Shown piece by piece: positions 10,227 through 20,868 of a stretch of 64,000 nt of DNA. The notes beneath the pieces were generated by a model that had not been told where the DNA came from, searched no databases, and saw only the letters and a list, made by a program, of their open reading frames with translations. The stretch's first letter is position 1, and each line of letters starts with the position of its first letter. The DNA lies in NCBI GenBank assembly GCA_965205855.1, contig OZ242184.1:1337275-1401274 (forward strand), read 5' to 3'. The DNA comes from Thermodesulfobacteriota bacterium. GTDB lineage: Bacteria; Desulfobacterota_D; UBA1144; Nemesobacterales; Mycalebacteriaceae. The position numbers and the translations under genes were made by a program.

Positions 10227-13200
10227 TTATACCGCTTCAGCCAAATCAACCGACACAACCGCAGAATTGGACGCCTTACTCGCAGTTATCCCTATAAGCG
10301 CATCCACATCGGCGATTGTTGTTTTATTATGCGTAACCACAAGCGCCTGAGAACCGCGGGAGATTTCTCTTAGAAGAGCCGCAAACCTTCCCGTGTTTGA
10401 ATCATCAAGCGGGGCATCTATCTCGTCAAGAATCAGGAACGGAAGCGGGCGCACAAGACACGAGGAAATTATGAACGCTATCGCGCTGAGTGCCTTTTCG
10501 CCGCCGGAGAGCAAACTCATGCTCTGGAATTTTTTGCCGCCGGGTTTTACAACAATGTCCACCCCCGTTTCAATTGGGTCATCGGGGTCGGTCATAACAA
10601 GTTTTCCCTCCCCTCCCTTGAAAAGGGTCGGAAGCAGCTCGCGGAATTTCATGTCCATCTCCTCAAACGCGTCCGCGAATTTCCTGGCGGACTCACGGTC
10701 AATCTGGGCGATGGATTTTCTTAAAGACGAGACATTTTTCTCAAGATCTTCAATCTGGGTTTCCAGAAAATCATGCTGCTTGCTCACTTCCTCATATTCT
10801 TCGGGCGCGAGAAGGTTCACAAGACCGAATTTGTCAATTTTTTCCCTTAAATTCAGAAACTCATTTTTTGTATCTTCAAAACCCGCCACTTTTATCTCTT
10901 CCTCTCCGGGCGGCTCCACACCGCTTTTTTCGGTAATTTCCCCCATTTTCACAGACAGGTATTCCATGTTATTTTCCATTGTTCTTAAATTTATCTGAAT
11001 ATCGCTACGCTTTGCTCTCAATTCTTCAACGCGCTTGTCGAGCCCTCCAATGCCTTCGCGTAAACCCCGCATGTCCGAGAGAACGCGCGCGCGGTTTTCC
11101 CTGATTTGCTCAACACTCTCCCGTTTTTTCTCAAGCTCCCCGGTAAGCGCCTCTATGCTCTGCCGTGCCTCTTCGGAAGATGTCTGCATTCTGGCCTTTT
11201 CATCGGTTTTGTTTTGTATTTCGGACGATACGCGCCCGATGCGGTCGGCAATATCTTTTTCTCTCAGGAGAAAACCCTCAACTGCACTTAACGCATTTTT
11301 CCGGCTCTGCTCAAGGGAGGAGAGTTTTATCTTCAGGTTGCCAAGGTTTTCCGCAAGTGCGCTTTCGCGTTTCTCAATCTCGGAGTTTTTCTGCTCAAAC
11401 CCGGAAAGCCGGTTTTTCAGCGTTTGCCTTTTTTCGCGGAGTCCCTCAAGTTTTTTGCGGCACTCGTTGAGCCGCGCGGTTTTCGCCTCAAACTCCTCGT
11501 CCGCCTCCGCCCCGGAAGACTCCAGTTCCGTAAGCTGTGCCTCTTTGCCCTCAAGAGAGAAGTTGAACCCCTTAAGGTCTCTTTCAATCGCGCCGAGTTT
11601 CACCCTGTCGGTCTGTATGCGTTCTTCCAGAACGCTCATTTTGGATTTAAAATCCTCCATGCGCACCTCGAAGCTACCCGATTTTTCAAGGGCAGATTTT
11701 ATCTTTTTGTCAAGCGCGGCAACCTCCGCCGCGAGCCGGTCAATCTCAGACTTTCTCTGAAAAACCCCGCCCGTGGTCCAGCCGCCCGTAACGGCCCCCG
11801 AACTGTCAAGAAAATCACCTCCCAACGTGGCGAACGAAAGCCCGGGCGAAGCCGCCGCGCACTTGAAAGCGTCCGAAAGGGTGTCAACAACGCATATCCC
11901 GTCAAGGAGTTTGCGCATGGAATCCCCGCCCTCACCGCGCAGACTCACCACTTCGGAAATCGGACGCGCGCCCGCGGGAGCGGAAGGGCTTTCGGTGCTT
12001 GAGGCGGAATCAACCGGCAGAAAGGTCGCCCTTCCCTCCGCGCTTCTACGCAGGCGGTCAATCGCCCGTGAAGCGTCCTTTCCCGTGCCTACGACTATCC
12101 AGCTGAGCCGCTCGCCGAGAGCCGCCTCAAACGCTTTGGCGTATTCAGGCGGAACATCGGCGTAATCGGACAAAACGCCGAGCACTCCCACGCCTTTGCC
12201 TTCAAGAAGTATCCGCCGGGACGATTCGGGGAGCCATTCAAAAGATTTCTGTATGTTGCCAAGCTCCTCAAGGCGCGAAACGCTCCGGCTTCTGAGCTCT
12301 TTGAGCGAGTTGATGTCGGCGAGCAACGCTTTGTGCTCCTCGCCGAAAGAAACGGTGTCCTCTTCAATGGTCTTTTTCTGTTTGCCGGACTCTTCCTGAG
12401 CGTTTTTGAGCCGCTCAAGCTGCGAGGCAAACTCCGCGCGCTGCGATGACAGGCTCCGTTTTTCCTCCGTAAGCGCGTCTTTCTGCTCGGACAGATAGCT
12501 CCTTCTCACGGAAACTCTCTCAACCTCTCCGGTAAGCTTCCTGTATGTAATCTCGGTTGAATCGCACTGTTCAACGGCGCCGAAAAAACTGTTCTTGAAC
12601 TCTTCAAGGCCCTCTCTGTCAACACGCGTGCCAGATTTGAAAGACTCAAGCTCCCCACCGGCAATGCCGACTTCGGAGCGCAGCCCGGAGATTTTCCCGT
12701 CAGAGCCTTCCGCTTTCGACCGCGCCTCGGCGATCTTTTCCTTTATGTCCCGCGCCTGCCGCTCAAGGGAAAGTTTTTCACTTTCAAGCCCGGCAATAAG
12801 CCCCTCAATGTCGTCTTTTCTTCCCGCGAAAATCTCTTTTGAGGAAACCTCGCCGTTGATTTTCTCCCTTGCGGCAAGTATGTCGGAGTCGGCGGACGAA
12901 ATTGCCGTTTCAAGACTTTGCGCCTCGTCTTCAAGATTTCTCAGCCGTGTCGCCATACCGTTTTTTTCCGTATCAATCTCTCTTGCGGAAATATCAATCG
13001 CGGATATTTTCTGTTTCGCCTCGCTCAGTTTCCTGTCGCTTTTCGCCTTTTGCGCTCCGAGCATCAGCAACTCAAGCCGCGCCGCATGCCCGGTAAGCTC
13101 GTTAAGTTTCTCCGCCTGTTGTGCCTGCCGCCGGAGTTTTTCCCTGCGACTGCGGGCTTCGCCACTCATCTCTCTGATCCTGTAAAGATTCTCTTCGGTC

Positions 13201-13739
13201 TGTTTGAGCCTTCCGACCGTTTCCTTTTTCCTCGCTTTGTATCTCACGATTCCGGCGACTTCCTCTATAAGTCTGCGCTTGTCTTCGGGCTTCGCCATTA
13301 TGAAACTCTCCACCTCGCCTTGACCTACAATCGAGTGGGAGCGCGCGCCCGCGCCGGTGTCCATGAAGATGTCAACAATATCTTTGAGCCTGCACGCGAC
13401 GCCGTTGATTGAGTATTCGCTTTCGCCGTCCCGGTAGTATCTGCGCGTTATTGAAATATCGCCAAAGCCGTGTCTCGGCACATCGGACAGTACAAGCTTA
13501 ACCTCCGCCATGCCAACCGGCTTCAGAGATACCGTTCCGTCCGAAATCAGGTCCTCCATGCAACCCGCGCGTAGCATCCTGGGATTCTGCTCGCCTATAA
13601 CCCAGCGCACGGCGTCTATGACATTGGATTTGCCACAACCGTTGGGACCGACTATGCCGTTCAAACCCGAATTAAACTCTATCCTTGTTTTTCTGTGGAA
13701 CGACTTGAACCCCGAAAGTTCAAGTGAGGATATTCTCAA
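10227..13739 (-). CDS. smc: Chromosome partition protein Smc
   Basis: GPNGCGKSN, long coiled coils with hinge, LSGGEKAL, ILDEIDAPLD; 1170 aa. Confidence 0.97.
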   Translation of the reverse strand: MRISSLELSGFKSFHRKTRIEFNSGLNGIVGPNGCGKSNVIDAVRWVIGEQNPRMLRAGCMEDLISDGTVSLKPVGMAEVKLVLSDVPRHGFGDISITRRYYRDGESEYSINGVACRLKDIVDIFMDTGAGARSHSIVGQGEVESFIMAKPEDKRRLIEEVAGIVRYKARKKETVGRLKQTEENLYRIREMSGEARSRREKLRRQAQQAEKLNELTGHAARLELLMLGAQKAKSDRKLSEAKQKISAIDISAREIDTEKNGMATRLRNLEDEAQSLETAISSADSDILAAREKINGEVSSKEIFAGRKDDIEGLIAGLESEKLSLERQARDIKEKIAEARSKAEGSDGKISGLRSEVGIAGGELESFKSGTRVDREGLEEFKNSFFGAVEQCDSTEITYRKLTGEVERVSVRRSYLSEQKDALTEEKRSLSSQRAEFASQLERLKNAQEESGKQKKTIEEDTVSFGEEHKALLADINSLKELRSRSVSRLEELGNIQKSFEWLPESSRRILLEGKGVGVLGVLSDYADVPPEYAKAFEAALGERLSWIVVGTGKDASRAIDRLRRSAEGRATFLPVDSASSTESPSAPAGARPISEVVSLRGEGGDSMRKLLDGICVVDTLSDAFKCAAASPGLSFATLGGDFLDSSGAVTGGWTTGGVFQRKSEIDRLAAEVAALDKKIKSALEKSGSFEVRMEDFKSKMSVLEERIQTDRVKLGAIERDLKGFNFSLEGKEAQLTELESSGAEADEEFEAKTARLNECRKKLEGLREKRQTLKNRLSGFEQKNSEIEKRESALAENLGNLKIKLSSLEQSRKNALSAVEGFLLREKDIADRIGRVSSEIQNKTDEKARMQTSSEEARQSIEALTGELEKKRESVEQIRENRARVLSDMRGLREGIGGLDKRVEELRAKRSDIQINLRTMENNMEYLSVKMGEITEKSGVEPPGEEEIKVAGFEDTKNEFLNLREKIDKFGLVNLLAPEEYEEVSKQHDFLETQIEDLEKNVSSLRKSIAQIDRESARKFADAFEEMDMKFRELLPTLFKGGEGKLVMTDPDDPIETGVDIVVKPGGKKFQSMSLLSGGEKALSAIAFIISSCLVRPLPFLILDEIDAPLDDSNTGRFAALLREISRGSQALVVTHNKTTIADVDALIGITASKASNSAVVSVDLAEAV

Positions 13740-13767
13740 CTTTTCCGCCCCTGCAAATCAGTTTCAA

Positions 13768-14748
13768 TCATCTGAGAATCTCTCCGCTTGTCTCCACATC
13801 GGCGCGCAGGTAAAGGTTGTTGACCCAGTTTCTGAGAATCTCATCCTGCGTTTTGTCCGCACCACTCATCGCTATCTGAACCTTCTTCGTCAAAGCTGCG
13901 GAATCCGCCTTTTTTCTTCCGGAAACAACGGCGAGGCTGTAAACGCCGCCGTCCGGGGAAACGGCTATCGCCGCGCCGCGGCTTTGCAGCGGGAAAGTGA
14001 ACAGCTTCGTGCCCGCAGACTCGACCGGATCGGGAATTTCAAAAGGAGTGAAAAACTGGGTTTGTTGCGGCTGTTTTGAGAATTTTTCCGCAACCGCATC
14101 TATGTCTCCCAATGCGAGAAACTCCTCAAACGCTTCCTGCGCTTCGGAAAAACTGTCAAAAGGTATGTAATCAACCTTGATTTTGGCACCTGTGAGATTG
14201 AAAAGATTTGACAGCTCCGGCTCGGACAAACGCGAAGACACACGTGAAAGGGCAACCATCTTCAAGACAAGCCCCTCGTCCCGTATGGAATTTTCAAACT
14301 GGGAAACTGTCAGTCCCATCACGCGGCGGACAACCCGTCTGTAGTACTCCGTGCCCGCAAACTCGCCATCGGGACGAAAAGCCGAGTTGCCTGTAATCGC
14401 TTTTCCTACTTCCTCGTCCGGAAACCTCAAGCCAAGAGAAAAGGCCTCCTGAGCAAGCAGTTTGCGTTCAATAAGGAAACTGAGCGCGGCTCTGTCTATC
14501 GCGTCCTGAAGCTCAACGGGAACCCTGTCCAGATTTTCCGTCTGCGCACGATGGATTTGTCTTCTGACAAACTGGTAGTAAGAAAGCGGAACGGAGTCGC
14601 CATTAATCTCCGCGGCAACGCCGGTTGCGAGACTGCTCCACGGCAGCCCGCCCGTATAGCCCAGACCGACAATGAAAGTAAGAGCGAGAAAAATTACCAC
14701 CGCTCTCACAAACCAGGAATTTAACTTTTCTTTCAGGCCCGTGCTCAT
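13768..14748 (-). CDS. SurA N-terminal domain / PpiD-like membrane-anchored chaperone (short)
   Basis: N-terminal TM helix, VAAEING, LIERKLLAQEAFSLGL, F..DGEF; no clear PPIase domain. Confidence 0.7.
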   Translation of the reverse strand: MSTGLKEKLNSWFVRAVVIFLALTFIVGLGYTGGLPWSSLATGVAAEINGDSVPLSYYQFVRRQIHRAQTENLDRVPVELQDAIDRAALSFLIERKLLAQEAFSLGLRFPDEEVGKAITGNSAFRPDGEFAGTEYYRRVVRRVMGLTVSQFENSIRDEGLVLKMVALSRVSSRLSEPELSNLFNLTGAKIKVDYIPFDSFSEAQEAFEEFLALGDIDAVAEKFSKQPQQTQFFTPFEIPDPVESAGTKLFTFPLQSRGAAIAVSPDGGVYSLAVVSGRKKADSAALTKKVQIAMSGADKTQDEILRNWVNNLYLRADVETSGEILR

Positions 14749-14842
14749 ATCAATGCGCCAAGCCCAACCTCGCCTTTATTTTACACTGAAAAGAGCGCGA
14801 AAGTCCAAAAAATCCAGACCTTTTTTCGTATATGCTGTTGCA

Positions 14843-15793
14843 ATGATAACCTGTCTCGGAGGCGGAGTCGGAGCTGGAAAATTTCTCAAAGGTCTGTCTC
14901 TGCGGATGCGCAACCGCGACCCTTCGGAAAAGCTTTCCGTTATCGTCAACAGCGCGGACGACATAAAACTGTTCGGGCTTCACATATCCCCCGACATAGA
15001 CACGATAATTTACTGGCTTTGCGGAATAGTGGACAAAAAAAAAGGCTGGGGAATCAAGGACGACACATTCAACTTCATGGACGCAGTTTCCACCCTCGGA
15101 GGGGAGGACTGGTTCAGGATAGGCGACCGAGACCTCGCGACCCATGTTGCGAGAACCATGATGACAGCGCGCGGACTCACGCCCTCGGAGGCGGCGCGGG
15201 AGATTTCCCGCAAGCTCGGAGCCGCGGACAAAGCCGATATAATGCCGATGACCGACTGCGATGTGGAAACCTGGGTGCGCACCAGACAGGGGGAAATGCA
15301 TTTTCAGCAATACTATGTCCAAAAGCGCATGGAGCCTGAGGTTTATGAAATCAACTTCCGAGGAATGGAGTCCGCGACTCCGGCTCCGGGAGTGCTTGAG
15401 TCAATAGCGGAGGCGGACACAATAGTGCTGTGTCCGAGCAACCCGGTAATAAGCATCGGCCCTATCCTGGAGGTTCCCGGCTTAAGGGATGCTCTTGTCC
15501 AATCAAAGGGAACAGTCGCCGGAGTAAGCCCGCTCATAGGGGGAAAACCGCTGAAAGGACCCGCCGACCGCCTTATGAAAGCCCTCGGACTTGAGGTTTC
15601 CTCGTTTCAGGTAGCAAAGATGTATTCGGACTTCCTCAACCTCATGGTGATAGACAACAGCGACAGCGCCGAAGCGGCGCAAATAGAGTCTCTCGGAATT
15701 GAGACTCTTGTTACGAACACGTTGATTTCAAGCACGGAAAGGGCTGGCACGCTCGCGGACGAAGTGCTTGAAAAAGTTGATATTCTCCGTTAG
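14843..15793 (+). CDS. cofD: 2-phospho-L-lactate transferase (F420 biosynthesis)
   Basis: LGGGVGAGKF, GLHISPDIDT, WFRIGDRDLATH, PSNPVISIGPIL, KGPADRLM; start placed at MITCL. Confidence 0.93.
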   Translation: MITCLGGGVGAGKFLKGLSLRMRNRDPSEKLSVIVNSADDIKLFGLHISPDIDTIIYWLCGIVDKKKGWGIKDDTFNFMDAVSTLGGEDWFRIGDRDLATHVARTMMTARGLTPSEAAREISRKLGAADKADIMPMTDCDVETWVRTRQGEMHFQQYYVQKRMEPEVYEINFRGMESATPAPGVLESIAEADTIVLCPSNPVISIGPILEVPGLRDALVQSKGTVAGVSPLIGGKPLKGPADRLMKALGLEVSSFQVAKMYSDFLNLMVIDNSDSAEAAQIESLGIETLVTNTLISSTERAGTLADEVLEKVDILR

Positions 15794-15828
15794 TCTCATA
15801 CTGACCGTTTCAAGGCAAAGGGAGCTCC

Positions 15829-16248
15829 ATGCAAGTAAGTAAAACTCTTGATTACGCGATAAGGTCATTGACCTATCTGGGTAACAATCCGAGCAGAAAA
15901 TGCGGGATGAAAGAAATTTCCGAAAACCAGCGCATACCGGACAAATATCTGGCAAAAATACTGGGACGCCTTGTAAAAAGCGGAATTGTGCGCTCGGAGC
16001 GCGGGCCCTCGGGCGGATACATGCTCTCCAGAGAGGCTTCCACGCTGAATCTCAGAAACGTCTATGAAGCGATTGAGGGAGACATACACATAATTGACTG
16101 CATGAATGAGGAAGGCCCCTGCGCACTTTACGAAAACTGCACCCAGCTCGCCGTCTGGGACAAGCTTCAGATGGCGATAATAAAAACTCTGGAAAAGGTA
16201 AGTCTTGAGAGCCTGACGGGCAAACGGGGAGCGAAAGATGAGCATTGA
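15829..16248 (+). CDS. Rrf2-family transcriptional regulator (IscR-like)
   Basis: [16 protein letters not shown], three C-terminal Cys; heads the suf operon. Confidence 0.92.
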   Translation: MQVSKTLDYAIRSLTYLGNNPSRKCGMKEISENQRIPDKYLAKILGRLVKSGIVRSERGPSGGYMLSREASTLNLRNVYEAIEGDIHIIDCMNEEGPCALYENCTQLAVWDKLQMAIIKTLEKVSLESLTGKRGAKDEH

Positions 16249-17689
16249 CTTTGAAGAGCTTGCGAAACAGGAATACAAATACGGCTTTTCAACCAATGTT
16301 GAACAGGATATCGCGCCAAAAGGGCTCGGCGAAAATATCATCCGCTTTATATCGGGGAAAAAGGAAGAGCCGGAGTGGATGCTGGAATGGAGGCTGAAAG
16401 CCTACGAGCGATGGCTCTCAATGAAAGAGCCGAGATGGGCGAATGTGAAATATCAGCCGATAGACTACAACAACATAAGCTACTACGCAGCGCCCAAGAG
16501 CGGAGACGCGCCCAAGAGTCTTGACGAAATAGACCCTGAAATATTAAAAACATACGAAAAACTCGGCATACCGATTGAAGAACAGAAAATGCTCGCGGGC
16601 GTAAAATCCGACACGGTTGCCGTGGACGCCGTTTTTGACAGCGTTTCGCTTGTAACAACCTTCAAGGAAAAACTCGCCGAAGAAGGCGTGATATTCTGCT
16701 CAATTTCCGAAGCCATACGCGAGCATCCCGAACTTGTGAAAAAATACATCGGCTCGGTTGTTCCGCATTCGGACAACTTTTTTGCGGCTCTGAACTCTGC
16801 GGTCTTCAGCGACGGTTCCTTCGTTTATGTGCCCGAGGGCGTGCGTTGCCCGATGGAACTGTCTACGTATTTCAGAATCAATGCGGAAAATACGGGACAG
16901 TTTGAAAGAACGCTCATAATCGCCGACAAGGGAAGTTACGTAAGCTACCTTGAGGGATGCACCGCGCCGATGAGGGACGAAAACCAGCTTCATGCGGCGG
17001 TTGTCGAACTTGTGGCTCTTGATGATGCGACCATAAAATACTCCACAATCCAGAACTGGTATCCTGGAGACAACGAAGGCAAAGGCGGTATCTACAATTT
17101 TGTCACAAAACGCGGAAGGTGCGCCGGAAACGGCTCTCACATATCCTGGACTCAGGTGGAAACAGGATCAGCAATAACATGGAAATACCCCGGGTGCATA
17201 CTTGAGGGAGACAACTCGGTCGGAGAGTTCTACTCAGTCGCACTGGCAAACAGAATGCAACAGGCGGACACTGGAACAAAAATGGTGCATATAGGCAAAA
17301 ACACAAGTAGCACAATTATTTCAAAAGGCATCTCCGCGGGCAAGGGGCAAAACACCTACAGAGGGCTTGTTAACATAGGAAAATCCGCTTCGGGTTCGCG
17401 CAACTACACTCAATGCGACTCAATGCTGATAGGGGACTTGTGCGGAGCGCACACTTTTCCGTATATTGAAGTAAAAAACTCAACCGCTCATATGGAGCAT
17501 GAGGCTTCCACCTCAAAAATCGGGGAAGACCAGATATTCTACTGCCAGCAAAGGGGGCTGTCCGCCGAGGATGCCGTCTCGCTGATTGTAAACGGATTCT
17601 GCAAGGAAGTTTTCAAGGAATTGCCTTTTGAGTTCGCGGTTGAGGCGGAAAAACTCTTGAGCGTAAGCCTTGAGGGCAGTGTCGGCTGA
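16238..17689 (+). CDS. sufB: Fe-S cluster assembly protein SufB
   Basis: [37 protein letters not shown]. Confidence 0.98.
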   Translation: MSIDFEELAKQEYKYGFSTNVEQDIAPKGLGENIIRFISGKKEEPEWMLEWRLKAYERWLSMKEPRWANVKYQPIDYNNISYYAAPKSGDAPKSLDEIDPEILKTYEKLGIPIEEQKMLAGVKSDTVAVDAVFDSVSLVTTFKEKLAEEGVIFCSISEAIREHPELVKKYIGSVVPHSDNFFAALNSAVFSDGSFVYVPEGVRCPMELSTYFRINAENTGQFERTLIIADKGSYVSYLEGCTAPMRDENQLHAAVVELVALDDATIKYSTIQNWYPGDNEGKGGIYNFVTKRGRCAGNGSHISWTQVETGSAITWKYPGCILEGDNSVGEFYSVALANRMQQADTGTKMVHIGKNTSSTIISKGISAGKGQNTYRGLVNIGKSASGSRNYTQCDSMLIGDLCGAHTFPYIEVKNSTAHMEHEASTSKIGEDQIFYCQQRGLSAEDAVSLIVNGFCKEVFKELPFEFAVEAEKLLSVSLEGSVG

Positions 17690-17725
17690 CTTTGCTGGCG
17701 GCTTAAATTTCACGGGAGAAAAAAA

Positions 17726-18472
17726 ATGCTTGAAATAAAAAATCTGCATGCCGGAGTTGATGGCAAAAAAATACTGAAAGGGCTGAACCTGAAAATAGGC
17801 GCGGGAGAGGTTCACTCAATCATGGGTCCGAACGGTTCGGGTAAAAGCACCCTTTCTCAGATCCTTTCCGGAAAAGACACCTACGAGGTTACCGAAGGCA
17901 AGGTCGGGTTTGACGGCGAAGACCTGTTTAAAATGGAACCCGAAGAGCGCGCCGCGGCGGGAGTTTTCATGGCGTTTCAGTATCCGATTGAGATACCGGG
18001 AGTATCCAACTCGTACCTTCTCAGGGAGGGGCTTAACTCCATCAGGAAAAAACGCGAGCTGAAACCGGTAAAGCATGTGGAGTTTTCTAAACTCGCCAGA
18101 GAAAAAATGAAAAATCTGGGCATAGACGATTCGTTTCTTTCGCGTCCAGTCAACGAAGGTTTTTCAGGCGGAGAGAAAAAAAGGAACGAGATATTTCAGA
18201 TGCAAATCCTTGAGCCGAAACTCGCCATACTGGATGAGACCGATTCGGGGCTTGACATAGACGCCTTGAAAATCGTGGCTCAAGGGGTGAACTCAATGAG
18301 GTCCGGAGACAGGTCTTTTATCATCATAACCCACTATCAGCGGCTTCTTGAATATATTGTGCCTGATTTCGTCCATGTAATGTCGGAAGGCAGGATAGTG
18401 AAATCCGGCGGCAAAGAGCTCGCCCTTGAACTTGAAAGCAAGGGCTACGGCTGGATTGAAAAATCCGCGTAA
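17726..18472 (+). CDS. sufC: Fe-S cluster assembly ATPase SufC
   Basis: [32 protein letters not shown]. Confidence 0.98.
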   Translation: MLEIKNLHAGVDGKKILKGLNLKIGAGEVHSIMGPNGSGKSTLSQILSGKDTYEVTEGKVGFDGEDLFKMEPEERAAAGVFMAFQYPIEIPGVSNSYLLREGLNSIRKKRELKPVKHVEFSKLAREKMKNLGIDDSFLSRPVNEGFSGGEKKRNEIFQMQILEPKLAILDETDSGLDIDALKIVAQGVNSMRSGDRSFIIITHYQRLLEYIVPDFVHVMSEGRIVKSGGKELALELESKGYGWIEKSA

Positions 18473-18495
18473 GGCCTCATAAAACCGGAGAAAAT

Positions 18496-19818
18496 ATGTC
18501 ATCGAAAAAAAATAAAAACGGCACTCACAACTTCATGAAATTGTGCGGTTCCGCAAAAGGCACAGGGCTGCCTCTTTTTGACGATATAAGGGAAAACGCC
18601 GCGAAAGCGCTTTCTAAACTGGAGTTTCCGACCGTGCGGCATGAAGACTGGAGGTTCACAAACCTTGCTCCGGTCGCGGCGGGTTCGTATGCGCTTGCCG
18701 GAAAAAATACCGGCATAATGCAAAAAGACTTTGCGGACTCCATTATTGACGGGCTTGGCGGTCCCGCGCTTGTCTTTGTCAACGGTGTCTTCGCACCCGA
18801 ACTTTCAAATCCCCCGGACAACCGAGCAATGCCACTTGTGTGCCCGCTTTCCAAAGCCGGAAAAACCCATCCGGAAAAAACAGCGGCCCATCTCGGAAAA
18901 CTGTCCGACTGCGAAAACGAATTTTTCACCGCGCTTAACACGGCGCTTTTTGAAGACGGGGCTTTTGTTTTCATTCCCGAAAAAACTGAAGACAAAACTC
19001 CGATCTATATTGTTTATGTAACCGACTGCAGAGATGCCTCGCGAGTATGCAGTCCCAGAAATCTTATAATAGCGGAAAACAACTGTTCGGCGAGAATCGT
19101 TGAGCATTACATCTCAATCGGAGACGGCAATTGCCTTTCAAACACCCTGACCGAGGTTTCAATCGGCGCGGGTAGCACAGTTGAGCACTACATGCTTGAG
19201 TTTGAAAGTAAGGGCGGAGTCAACATCTCAACGCTGAACCTGCTTCAGGAAAAAGACTCCAACGCGCTTTCCCATTCCGTTCTGCACGGCGGCGCCATTG
19301 TGAGAAACAACGTTCATCCAAAACTTGCCGGACGGGGATGTAACTCTCTCATAAACGGTCTTTTTATGCCGACCGGGCGGCAGCACATGGACAACTTTAT
19401 GAAGGTGGAACACGCCGCTCCGCACTGCGACAGCCGTCAGCTTTACAACGGTGTTCTGAACGAAATGGGACGCGGGGTTTTTCACGGCAGAATCATAGTT
19501 CACGAAGGCGCGGTCAAAACGGACGCGAAGCAGACAAACCGCAATCTGTTGCTTTCAGACAAGGCTCAGATAGACACAAAACCCCAGCTTGAAATCTACA
19601 ACGATGATGTCAAATGCACTCACGGAGCGACCATCGGACAAATGGACGAAGACGCCGTTTTCTATCTGCGTTCGCGCGGAATACCCGAAGCGGAGGCGCG
19701 CGCGGTAATTCTGAGGGGATTCACGGCGGAGAGTTTTGCTCTTATGACCGTTGAGCCCGTGCGCGACTTTCTTGACAAGAAATCCGAACAATGGTTTGAC
19801 ACCGCGCTCGGAAGCTGA
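18496..19818 (+). CDS. sufD: Fe-S cluster assembly protein SufD
   Basis: EDWRFT, TKPQLEIYNDDVKCTHGAT, FYLRSRGI. Confidence 0.95.
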   Translation: MSSKKNKNGTHNFMKLCGSAKGTGLPLFDDIRENAAKALSKLEFPTVRHEDWRFTNLAPVAAGSYALAGKNTGIMQKDFADSIIDGLGGPALVFVNGVFAPELSNPPDNRAMPLVCPLSKAGKTHPEKTAAHLGKLSDCENEFFTALNTALFEDGAFVFIPEKTEDKTPIYIVYVTDCRDASRVCSPRNLIIAENNCSARIVEHYISIGDGNCLSNTLTEVSIGAGSTVEHYMLEFESKGGVNISTLNLLQEKDSNALSHSVLHGGAIVRNNVHPKLAGRGCNSLINGLFMPTGRQHMDNFMKVEHAAPHCDSRQLYNGVLNEMGRGVFHGRIIVHEGAVKTDAKQTNRNLLLSDKAQIDTKPQLEIYNDDVKCTHGATIGQMDEDAVFYLRSRGIPEAEARAVILRGFTAESFALMTVEPVRDFLDKKSEQWFDTALGS

Positions 19819-19826
19819 AGGCATTT

Positions 19827-20132
19827 ATGAAAAAGGTTACAAAAACCTCTGAAATCGCCCCCGGCGAAATAAAACCCTTCACGGTCGGGTTTGACACGAT
19901 TGCCATCTGCAACATCGGCGGAAAGTTCTACGCCTTCCGCGACCAGTGCAGCCATCAGGAGCTTCCCCTTTCGGACGGGGAAATTAACGGAGAGGTTGTA
20001 ACTTGCGCTTATCACGGAGCCGAGTTCAATGTGCGAACCGGCGAAGCGCTTTGTATGCCGGCTTACGAGCCGATAGAGATATTTAAGGTTAAAGTGAAAG
20101 GGGATGAGATTTTTGTGATGATGGGTGATTGA
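19827..20132 (+). CDS. Rieske [2Fe-2S] ferredoxin
   Basis: CSH...CAYHG Rieske ligands. Confidence 0.92.
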   Translation: MKKVTKTSEIAPGEIKPFTVGFDTIAICNIGGKFYAFRDQCSHQELPLSDGEINGEVVTCAYHGAEFNVRTGEALCMPAYEPIEIFKVKVKGDEIFVMMGD

Positions 20133-20405
20133 GACATCCGGGTTAAAAAACCTTGTATTTTAATTTTGTTTTCAATACCCCTGTACGCTCCCGCAGTTAC
20201 AATTGTTAGATGCGCAGATTCACTGCACTTTTTGTTAATTCATTACACTCCCAAAATTCTACTGCACTATGAATTAAGTGTTTATATGTGCGTATGTAAT
20301 ACAACGTTTTATTTATATTTCGTTTTGTATCCAATACGCGAGCTAACCGTCATCAGAGCGTAGAGTAGCAGAAAACCTTAGTTTTCGTCTTTCAGTACTG
20401 AAAAA

Positions 20406-20867
20406 CTAACCCTTAATCAACCCTTCGGGCGCTTTTGACATATCAACCGCGCCGAAGTTTGTGGCGAAAGTCCAGAGGTAACCATCGGGGTCTTTGAAAT
20501 CCGCCACACGGTCTCCCCAGAACATATCTGCCGGCTCCCTGAGAACAGTTGCGCCGTTTGCACGGGCGTTTTCGGTAAAAGCGTCAATATCCGCGCAATA
20601 CAGATAGAAAATTACGGGCATCGGGTTTTTTGTTGTCGCGGGAGATTTCATATCGGACATCTCCGCGTTTTCAGGACTGAACATCACAACGGGCCTGCCT
20701 TCAAAAAGCATGGCAACATGAACGGGCTTTCCCTCGCTGTTCTTTAATATCTCGTCTCCGCAAATTTTGAACCCGAAGGCGTTTTTGTAGAAACTGATTG
20801 ATTTTTCGGCATCCTGCACGGTGAGACACGATGTCATATTTCCGTTTTCCCTTCCGGAAAGCGGCAT
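20406..20867 (-). CDS. VOC/glyoxalase (PhnB-like) protein
   Basis: FYKNAFG, PADMFWGDR...DPDGYLW. Confidence 0.88.
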   Translation of the reverse strand: MPLSGRENGNMTSCLTVQDAEKSISFYKNAFGFKICGDEILKNSEGKPVHVAMLFEGRPVVMFSPENAEMSDMKSPATTKNPMPVIFYLYCADIDAFTENARANGATVLREPADMFWGDRVADFKDPDGYLWTFATNFGAVDMSKAPEGLIKG

Positions 20868-20868
20868 A

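Noticed and set aside
10393-13412. Many long plus-strand ORFs opposite smc (and similar ones opposite secA, ffh and the RND gene)
   Set aside because: Antisense shadows of real genes, with Ser-rich low-complexity translations and no motifs.
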